Shown: piece after piece, positions 24,601 to 34,078 of the stretch
How the letters are laid out: the number at the start of each line of letters is the position of its first letter
Numbering within the stretch: position 1 is the first letter of the stretch
NCBI GenBank assembly: GCA_010909165.1
Contig: MU008178.1
Coordinates: 880,369 to 944,368 of the forward strand
DNA from: Anthoceros angustus
Taxonomy: Eukaryota > Plantae > Anthocerotophyta
Length of the DNA stretch: 64,000 nucleotides
Reading direction: 5' to 3'
Notes under the pieces: generated by a model
Databases searched by the model: none
What the model was told of the DNA's origin: nothing
The model's input: the letters and a program-made list of their open reading frames with translations, nothing else
Program-made: the position numbers and the translations under genes

Positions 24601-26025
24601 TCCCTCTGTGCTCGGAGGGCACCAAAGGAGGAAGGGAATCGCCTCCCAAACTTCACAGGTGGTGAGGGGTTCGCTCGCGTATGGAGTCAGGAATCCTCGA
24701 TCGTCCTCCTCCGAGTCAGCTTGGTCTTGAAGGGCGACCCCCACCTCAGGCGCCCTTGCGCTCTACGCGGGGCCTCCGGCCCCTTCCGGGCGCCCTCAAG
24801 CTCTCCCTCCTTGAGCTCGAAATGTCCCCATACATGAATCGGTATGGGGTCGGCGATAAGGCTTCTCGCTCCTTAGCTTCGTGCCTCTGGACAGGCGAAG
24901 ATAATCCTTCCCAGTCCGCTCTCTTCCCATTGGGCGCGAGAATACCAGGTTATCACCAAGGTGATCCACCTTGGTGGCGAGTTCAATGGACAATGATCCG
25001 GGCTACCGCCCTTACTCGTATCCGGCGGATCGGATATCAACCATCCGTTGGTTGTCATGCGTTCGAGCCTCGGCCGCGTGGCGGCCCTATCTTCCCGCCT
25101 TAAGGGGCTCGCGCCCCTTCTTCCTCCTTGGGCGGTTGTAGGCCATCCTCGGGACCTCAAGGTCCGCCTCGGGTCCTCCGGAGGTTCTTGGATCGGACCT
25201 CCTTGTTGATCGCCTTGACATCTTCGGGCAAACTCCGGACTAGAGTAGCGTTGTCAAAGGTCCGGACCATTTGGAACACGTCCGGATACTCCTGCACCAA
25301 TTCCTGCTTCCTCCGGCCGGGGCCGAAGTCCGGATAGCGCGGGTCACAATGTTGCGCTCCACGAGGTCCATGGCTCCCAGTTTCCGGCTTTTGGGTGCCA
25401 TTGCTTCTCCTCCTCTTGTTCTTTGTAGGCTGCTGGCGAGGTCCGGCAGCGATGTTCCTCCTTCGCCCGCGTTGCTCCAACCTTGCGGTGCGCGCTCTAA
25501 GTGGCGCCCAATAGCGCGAGCGGATTGCGGGCGCAAGGGGATGAGGATTGCAGGCTGCGTGAGACCTCCCTCCTTGGCGCTTGTGGAAAGTAGCTGGCGG
25601 AAGGCGCCTCTTCGTTGTCTAGCGCGAGGTGCATGGCTTACTCGACCCTCGCTTCGCTTACTCGGCCACCGCCGCGCGGCCAGGCGTGAATACTATGCGG
25701 CCTGCAGCAGGTTACGGTCTGGCCTCTGCATGCCCGACCTCCACTCGGGGCCGTCCACGTGGCGCCGCCTCGTCATCCTCACGCCTCGCTCCTGGGTTAC
25801 TTTCACTGGCGTACTTATCCTATTTTGACACTGGGTGGGTTCGGACTTATCCGTTACTCGGCGTGGGAGCTTGCCATAGTGTCGGGGTCCGTTGTTCACT
25901 CCAGTCGGAGTATACTCGAGCCTCGTCCGGCGCTACCCCAATTTATTCCTCCTTTTAGCCTTATTTATCCTTCAATCCTAAAAACAAACCCTACTTATTT
26001 TAACTCCTGCAGTGCATAGCCCACA
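21623..26025 (-). mobile_element. Solo LTR (4403 bp) of Gypsy family 2
   Basis: Termini are TGTGGGCTATGCAC...GTCACGCCACA, flanked by GTAT at 21619-21622 and 26026-26029. Co-linear with both LTRs of the 34079-51284 element. Confidence 0.93.
22730..25401 (-). pseudogene. LTR-embedded accessory ORF (frameshifted in this copy), solo-LTR copy
   Basis: ATG at 25401 (MAPKSRKLGAMDLVERNIVTR), then YPDVFQMVRTFDNATLVRSLPEDVKAINKEVRSKNLRRT, SIELATKVDHLGDNLVFS, GRIIFAC, VILNERIHD...SKELDAAA and NTYGEGVSVPAHVEEA in successive ORF fragments. The end is approximate. Confidence 0.65.
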
Positions 26026-27480
26026 GTATCCTGACTGCCTGCAGCATCCCATCTCCACCAGCTGAGGGCATCTGATTACATGCTTGTTTGGATATCTCGC
26101 CATGAAGAGGATACCTGGCCATCTCAATGACCCACTCTGGCATTTCCTTCAATTTCTCACCCCTAGATGCGTGTTCAGGCTTCAATTTTGATCGAGGCAC
26201 CTCATGGTACGGCGATTGTGGCACCCTGGACACCTCTGAGTCTTGTCCAGATGTTGGCAGCAGCGATGCAAGGGGCTCACGTCTACATCTCACTTGCCTC
26301 ATCACGGCCTGCATCTCGCCAGGGACAGCAGATGTCGTGAAAATCGACATGGGGGCACTTCCCCCGCAAACGCAGCCAGGAGTTCGTCCATCCCCATGCG
26401 CCGAAGTGACGGCTGATGCAATCCCATCCCACTGTCTTGCAGCCCTCCCAGAACACGGCGCACTGCGGCGGCGCCATCCCATCCCCACGCCACGGGTGCG
26501 GCCGACGCCCATCTCTTTGCTTGGCCCTTTGCCCCTACCACGTGACCTGCCACGAGAAGATTCCCTTGCCCCTTTCCCACGCGCCCCACGTCCAGGGTCC
26601 TCCTCCTCTACCACCCTGCACGGTCCTGAATGATTTCTTGCTAAAGATACATAGGGAGACTTCCCACACTTGCCTCATCCTCGCACAATACTGCTAGTGC
26701 ATTCGACGGCATATTGGCTCTCGGAATCTGCATCAGATAGCTCTTTCTCGAGAACGTGAGTTGCCTCCATCCTTCTGGATTTGAGCTTGCTCCATTTCTC
26801 CCTCAAGCGGCGCACCCAACATTGCTTTTGCACCCAACAAGTTCACCGCTATTCACACCTTGTGAGTCCTCGAGCCCCATACCACCGCGTACGCAGCGCT
26901 GGCGTCTCCACATGTGAGCTGTTGTTGCCAAGCATAATGTCACATGTTGCCTCGCTTGAAATATCGGCTTCTGTGTTTGGGCATCCGAACATGAGCGAGT
27001 AGCAGATTGCGGCAAAGACACAAATCAAGATATGCAGCCATGCCTGAGAAGCAAGCAAAAAGCAACAGACAAAGGTGGAGTATTGTGTTGTAGTTCTGTC
27101 TCCTGTACCTTGACCTCACTGTACAATGTCGCGACTATCCGCGCTGTAAAACCCGGGTCAGATGCGCTATGAAGTGGCTGCTGTAAACCTAAAGGCAAAG
27201 ACGTATCGATTAGGAAGACGGGGTAACGGCTACCTGGCCACGGGCGGGAATGCAACCGAGGTACTAGACCCCGCTCAAAGCTTTGGCGGGAAAGGACGGG
27301 CTCGGAACGCAGTTAAGTTTTAGCTGTCGGTTTTGTACAATGGTGGCAGCCGGAGAGCTCCCGTGAAAAAACGCGTTGCTAGCATATACAGTACAAAGTA
27401 TGAGAAGCATTCAGTCTGTTGCTTGCAGGAATGCCAACACTGGCAACACAATTTTGTTTCCGTCTGACATCTTGAAAACA

Positions 27481-27565
27481 CGGAAAGGCAAAAGGCTCGG
27501 AAAGGCAGAAAGGCTTAGGAAAACAGAATGGCTCGGAAAACCTGTAGAATGGCTCGGGAAAGGCA
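27481..27565. repeat. Four degenerate ~18-22-bp repeats (GGCTCGGAAA core)
   Basis: AGGCTCGGAAAGGCAGAA / AGGCTTAGGAAAACAGAA / TGGCTCGGAAAACCTGTAGAA / TGGCTCGGGAAAGGC. Confidence 0.75.
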
Positions 27566-27613
27566 TGAGGCAACCTTTAGTCACAGTTTAATGATGGCTT
27601 TATTGCAACAATG

Positions 27614-27663
27614 AGACTCGTAAGTTTCCGACTGGCAATTGCCAGTCGGAAACTTACGAGTCT
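27614..27663. repeat. Perfect 50-bp palindrome with no spacer
   Basis: AGACTCGTAAGTTTCCGACTGGCAA|TTGCCAGTCGGAAACTTACGAGTCT; all 25 pairs checked. Confidence 0.97.
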
Positions 27664-28047
27664 TCCTAGCCAAGTTTGCTGCAGCCTGTTTGTTTCCATC
27701 TGAACCACAAGAGAAAAGTAAACACGTGCAAATTGTAACGGCTGAGTATCCTGACCAAGGTAGATTGCGAAATCCTAAAAAAGTATAGCACATCACCATC
27801 ACTGGTGCGGTTTCGTTTGGTCTACTCGTGATTAATTTAATTTAGCCAGCGCTCCAAGAACACAAAGTCTGCAAGGCATAATTCTAGCAAATCAAGCCTC
27901 ACGGCAGAACTTTGATAAGATTGCGGAAGAGCGGAGTGCAAGTCGTTCGATTAAGGTCCTCCACACTCCAGACAGAGGAATCACCACGCCTCCTCGCGAG
28001 AGCTCCAAGTTCAGTGGGAATCACCACGCCTCCTGGTGACAGCATTC

Positions 28048-28150
28048 CAAGGTTTTTAGAGGCGCGAGCTCGCGCCTCGCGCCTAGCCTAGCCTCGCGCC
28101 TCGCACCTAGCCTAGCCTCGCGCCTCGCGCCTCGCGCCTCGCGCCTAGAT
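28048..28150. mobile_element. hAT-like element end: CAAGGTTTTTAGAGGCG followed by a CGCCT array
   Basis: CA..GTTTT terminus, a 20-bp palindrome GAGGCGCGAGCTCGCGCCTC (28059-28078), then GCCTC/GCCTA repeats. The partner end was not identified. Confidence 0.4.
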
Positions 28151-29089
28151 CTGAGGCCCTAGACCCCATATATCTAAGCCGACACATTTTCTAGTACAAC
28201 CCAGAGAAACATGTCGACCCATGGCCCCAACAGTCCCCGAAGCTGTAAGGTCACTTGTCCTCATGACAATGCGGGACCTATCCCTTGGTGAGGCTACTAC
28301 AGATAAGGTAGTTTCTCAGATTTGTAAAGGCTGAAATCAATTAAAACTTACAATAGACAGTGAATATTCCCCGAGTGCGCACTGTGACCTATCTCGTGAG
28401 GATGATATTGGGGCCGAGGTATGTTAACCCCAAAATGTTGAAGGGGGTTTTCCCTTGTTTTGAGGGAATTACTGTTTATAAGTAATAAGTAATTGAGGAA
28501 ACACCCCTTCCATATGTTCTTGCACTGTAACTAGTTGGTGATCCTAGTCAGGAAGGGAGGGAGGGTGCTAGCTAAAGCCTATAGCTACGTGGCACCGAAT
28601 TCGAAGCTGGGTATGGAGCTGGTCCGGAACAAGACGTTGGTGAAGATTTGGAGTCTACCACGTGGGGCGAGCTTTTCACCTCCTTCTCTATCCTCGATCG
28701 CAGACTGATGGCCATCCTATAGGAGCTGTACATGTGGAAGTGCATAAAAACAAGCTTGGCACATATGAGAAGATTATCATTCCTGACCTAGTGAAGGCGA
28801 GTGTCAGAAGATGAGGCCTGCAGATGGCGTAACATCCTCGTGGTGTCATGGAAGGCATTGAGGAGATACCAAATTAGAACCCTTTTTGCAGCAGGACCTA
28901 GATGACTCTTCCTCGAATGCCAATTTGGAGGCAGTGCAAGTGCTGAGAGCTGCCTTGCTAGCTTCAATTGAATCAGTGGTTGCTGCTGATAACTCAATTT
29001 GTGTAGGGTGTTGTGTGGATTCGGAAGGTGCCCGCAGATCTGAAGAATTGGTGAAAGCTCTGTTGGTTGCGGGCTCATCATAGGTACGT

Positions 29090-29708
29090 AGTCAAATGAC
29101 AGACTTGCAACATACAAAAACTTGAAGATGAAAGAAGGAGAATCCATTGAAAAACACGACTACCTTCGGATCCCTAAGTCTCCAAGTTTGAAAGTCTGCC
29201 GAGGATAGTGTGAAGGACCAGCTCTCATTCATTTCATGATGTCACTCCACGAATCTTGGGCACATTTTGACCTCATTCAACACCTCTACAAAACTACGGA
29301 AGATTGCCCAGTGCGGTGTTGATCTCCCAAAACAACATTTGCGTGGTGGGAGCTCTTCTTCGTGAAGAAGTCACAAGAGGACAATTCAAACGTCGTCCGT
29401 AAACAGCAAGCTTTGTACACTAACAACAAAGGAAAGGGCAAGAAGCCCAACTTGAGGTAGACAAAATACCTCGGTGCTAGTAGCTCAAGGAGCCTCTACA
29501 CCAAGAAGCCCAAGAAGGCTGGAAAGTGCCACGTGCCAAATTCCGAGGCCATTGGGAGTCCGAGTGTCGAAAAAAGCGGTCAGTACCTGAGGAGGGCAAC
29601 TCCACTTCGAGACACATGTTGTGGTGACTAACAAGGCTGGCTGCACCCCTCACGTAGGGACCAGGAGTTTTCCTACCCTCTTGCTAACCCCATGCTCCAA
29701 ATACTCAA
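29090..29708 (+). pseudogene. Displaced duplicate of the Copia gag segment (matches 31045-31679)
   Basis: Near-identical sequence from AGTCAAATGACAGACTTGCAAC to CTCTTGCTAACCCCA. Confidence 0.9.
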
Positions 29709-29737
29709 TTGGTTTGCACCATTTCCATATTTCGTAA

Positions 29738-29748
29738 TGGTATCGAGC
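29738..29748 (+). promoter_or_regulatory. Primer-binding site, tRNA-iMet type (one base missing)
   Basis: TGGTATCGAGC versus the canonical TGGTATCAGAGC, immediately after the LTR end. Confidence 0.8.
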
Positions 29749-30759
29749 AATGCTAGGTGCGATTGCATTCACAAGAATGCACATTAAATTGTGCACATGT
29801 TGATGTGCATAAATGTTCTTTGTGTTTGTTTCTTGATTAGAAATTAGTTTCTAATAAGAAATCAAGAAAATGTTTGAGAAACCTTTTGTAGCTATTTTTT
29901 TGATTTGTTAATAGAAATTTTGCATTTCTAGGAGCCGTTCTAAGCGCATCTCGATTGTTGCAAAGCAATCATCATCGACACGCTAGAACGATGCAAATAT
30001 CTTTATAAAATCATATAAAATTACAATATGTTTCTTGGAATTTTCCAAAACACAGAATTCGCCAAATGAATGGCCGATCCTCGGGCAGGCGGAGGCTGGA
30101 TGGCGCCAAATACAACATGGTGCAAGAGAACGCGTGAGAAGAACTCTGCGATCTTCACCATCGCGCGCCCCTCGAGGACTCCACAATCTCCCAAATGTGC
30201 AACCGCCATTGTTGGTAGCGCAATCCTCGGGTTTCCTAACCACAAGCGTAGCACCACATACCATCACACATTTAAGTTCTAGACTAGAATCACAATGACA
30301 TGTAGATGACGTTTTGAAACATAAGTCGAAAGCTTGTCTTTCGAGGACTTACAATCGTTCTTTGGATCAGTTGGTCACTTGGATTCAAATTGCTTGCTTT
30401 GTTGAGGCTGCTCTTCTTGCTAACCACGCAATCGGAGGGACACTTGTAAGCATGCTACAAAAACTAACAAGCATCACAAATTTGAGAATCCAAACTCGTG
30501 TCCATCCATGACCTATTCCTTTAATCGGAGATTAGGAAACACAACATAAGGGAAAAGGTAGATAGGAGTTGGTCAATTTGCAGGTGACCAACGATCGAAC
30601 CCATCTTACCTCAGAAAGCTGCATTTGCAGCCCATCCTGATACGCGTGCATCATCACTCTTCTCGAATCCTCACACTGTTAGCTTGCACAGTCACAGTGC
30701 ATTAGAAATTCATCCATAAAATCCTCCGTGAGGGGACTAACATCCTAAACATGGGTGAC

Positions 30760-33700
30760 TCTAATTTAGCGGGAGGATTCAAAGAGAAGGATAGATTCAT
30801 GAGATTATGACATCTGGGTACTTAGAATGCGTGGTGCCCTTCAAAACAAGCGAGTGGCCTTGGGTTCATGGGACGTCAAAGTCTCCCAGATGGCACCCCT
30901 CCGATCAGGCACTTGATGCTTGGACCACAAAGGATGAGGGCAGTTCCTCCTACGGAGTGGTCTCGGCCCGACATGTTGAGACAGACCTCAGTTCAAAACC
31001 TCATATTTGGACGGCTCCAAAGTCTATTTTTGGGCGATGACACAAGTCAAATGACAGACTTGCAACATACAAAAACTTGAAGATGAAAGAAGGAGAATCC
31101 ATTGAAAACACGACTACCTTCGGATCCCTAAGTCTCCAAGTTTGAAAGTCTGCCGAGGATAGTGTGAAGGACCAGCTCTCATTCATTTCATGATGTCACT
31201 CCACGAATCTTGGGCACATTTTGACCTCATTCAACACCTCTACAAAAACTACGGAAGATTGCCCAGTGCGGTGTTGATCTCCCAAAACAACATTTGCGAA
31301 TTAGTGGGAGCTCTTCTTCGTGAAGAAGTCACAAGAGGACAATTCAAACGTCGTCCGTAAACAGCAAGCTTTGTACACTAACAACAAAGGAAAGGCAAGA
31401 AGCCCAACTTGAGGTAGACAAAATACCTCGGTGCTAGTAGCTCAAGGAGCCTCTACACCAAGAAGCCAAGAAGGCTGGAAAGTGCCACCGTGCCAAATTC
31501 CAGGCCATTGGGAGTCTGAGTGTCGAAAGAAGCAGTCCGGAGTACCTCGCAAGGAGGGCAACTCCACTTCTCAGACACATGTTGTGGTGACTAACAAGGC
31601 TACCGCAGCCCTCACTGTAGGGACCAGGAGTTTTCCTACCCTCTTGCTAACCCCACATGCTTGTCTCGCAAATACTCAAGGCAAACCCATACAGAGTGGT
31701 TCCTTGATACAGTAACAAGACATCTGCTTTTAAGTTCATTCGTACATACAAAGTTAGTTCACAATGATTTGTTTACCTAGGTGATTTATAGTAGGCTTGC
31801 GTGCTCGGTGTTGGCACTGTTACCGTCCCTTCGTGCATCACACTCTTGCTTACGATGTGTATCATGTGCCCGAAATGACAAGAAACTTGATTGTTAGAAG
31901 GTTGAACATGGATAATCAAAGTCACATCCTCTTCACTCCGGCTGAATGTAGGATTATAGATGCTTTTGATCATCGCAAAATCCTAGCCTATGGATCATCC
32001 GACCATGATCTCTTTAGACTACACCACATGCCAAGGCTAGCCTAGCTTCAAGGTCGCTCGAGAGCAAAGCAAGAAGAACAAGCTAGGTTATGGCATGCAC
32101 GCTTAGGTCACCCTCACAACAAAGTTGCAAAAACTAGCTAGTGACTGTGACTGATGGTAAAATTGGCGCTTGCCATCCTTACCTCTCCGTGAAGCCTGTG
32201 CTGTCCAAACGTCATCAAGCAGCCTTCAAGAACAAGACTCCTCACGAGCTTCCAAGTGCTTGAACTTGTGCACATCGACATATGTGGGCCACTCTCGCCC
32301 TCAAGGTGGTGGCCGATACTTCCTTACATTTGACAAGACGAGATTTGTCATGGCTTACATCTTGAAAGCTAAAAGTGAATGCTTCTCTCGCTCAAAGACT
32401 ACATGAAACTTGCAGAGATGGACAGGAAAATCACCGAAAGTCCTACGCCCGCATAATGGTGGAGAATTCACATCTAACGAATTCCGCACTCACCGCAAGG
32501 ACCGAAGGATAGGCGTACAACTTACGTTGTTGCCGCAGCACGTGGCGCCGAGCGCTTGAATGACACCCAGCAGAGATGGTCTCCTCTATGCTCACCAAGC
32601 CTCCCACCATCTCATCGGGTCAAGCCCTGAGTTTGTATGTAAGCTGAATAATCTCAGATTGGATGCATCGCCGCCATCCCTAAGGCGCTTTAACAACCGT
32701 TAGCTGCTAAGGCCAAGAAGTACCTCATGATAGGATACATCAAGGTATAAAAGCTTATGATGACGCACTTTAACAAGGTGGTCTATGCACGGAGTGTGAC
32801 CTTTGATGAAGGTCGAACTTGGCGACAAGTGGGAGCTACTCCCCACAGAGGACTTGATCTTTCCGCCTTTGCCCCGACGCCACTGCTTTTCGATGATTCC
32901 GCTCTTGCGGAGATTGCTCCCGCAGGGGGAAGAATAACAAGAAAATGATGCTCATGAGCAAGGAGATGAACCCGAAAAATTTTGGTCGAACATTTGCAAA
33001 GTAAGAACCTCCTCCAGCCTGCGTAACCTCAACCAACGTGACCTTTTACCCGATCCACTGACTCGATCCACATTGAGGAGGATGAGGTCAAGATGCTCAT
33101 CTTCGACATGAGAGGTTGAACTTTGAGATTCAATCTCAAGCCCACCACAACCCCGAGCCCGTTATCCCTGCAAGAGATAGACGGCACCAGACATTACCAC
33201 CATGTGGACTTTAGAAACTAATACCAATGCAGCCACTGGATCCTATCGAACCTCAATCCTACGAAGAAGCTCTTGGCACAATCGATGTTGCAGAGTGGAA
33301 AGGCAATTCAATTAGAATATGATTCACTGATCAAAATGGAACATGGGAACTAGCTAAGTTACCTCGGACGTAAGGTGGTGTTGCAAGTAGGTCTTCAAAT
33401 AGAAGGTAAAGGCGATGGAAGCTTTGATAGGTACAAAGCACGACTTGTAGCTCGTGGCTTTGCAAGTGCCCCAGTCTCGATTATCAAACATATGCTCTGT
33501 GATGAAGCCGGGCCACCTTTCGTTAACTGCTGGCAAAAGACATCAAGACTACGAGTTAGACATGTTTGATGTAAAGACCGCATTTTACATGGCAAGTTGG
33601 ACACCAAATCATGCAGAACTGTGATACGTAAGTAAAAGGCAAGGAAGATCATGTCTTGCGCTAATAAAACCCTCTATGGCTCAAGCAATCAGCATTAGAG

Positions 33701-34078
33701 TGGAATTCCGGATGAAGAATCATGGCACTTGGATTCGTGAAATGTGTTTTGCAGTTAAAGAACCTCAATGTTTATGATCCGTGATTAGCTATCTCGCAGT
33801 TGTATGTTGATGATTTGATTCTATCCTCGCAATAGCCCCACATTCATCACCAAAGTTAACAAGTCGCTATCTACCAAGTTTGAAATGACTAACCTTGGAG
33901 CACTTCGTGAGCCTCGGAACTTATTCAGAGGGATAGAAAAATGATCTATATCTCTCACATACCGACACTGTTAGAATGTCTTTCTTGGCTTGAAGGATGC
34001 AAATCCAACAAGCGACTCCACCGCCATCCGACTGAAATTTAAAGTCCATGTGTCCTAAACCAAAAAGGACATAGAAGA
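30760..34078 (+). pseudogene. Copia gag-pol, 5' part (gag, pre-integrase, integrase, RT N-part)
   Basis: Manual translation gives YKNLKMKEGESIEK (gag, ~31065), ARLWHARLGHP (~32083), LELVHIDICGP (~32261) and EPQSYEEAL...GDGSFDRYKARLVARGF (33245-33465). Many frameshifts. Confidence 0.9.

Larger units (their letters stand above)
21320..26614 (-). pseudogene. Unknown ORF split by the solo LTR (5' part 26614-26026, 3' part 21622-21320)
   Basis: Removing the LTR and one TSD gives ...GCA GTC AGG ATA CCA CGG TAA ACA TTA TGC AGG GTG TCT CCC AAG..., which puts ORF 26000..26614 in frame with ORF 21320..21598 apart from one TAA. Confidence 0.5.
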
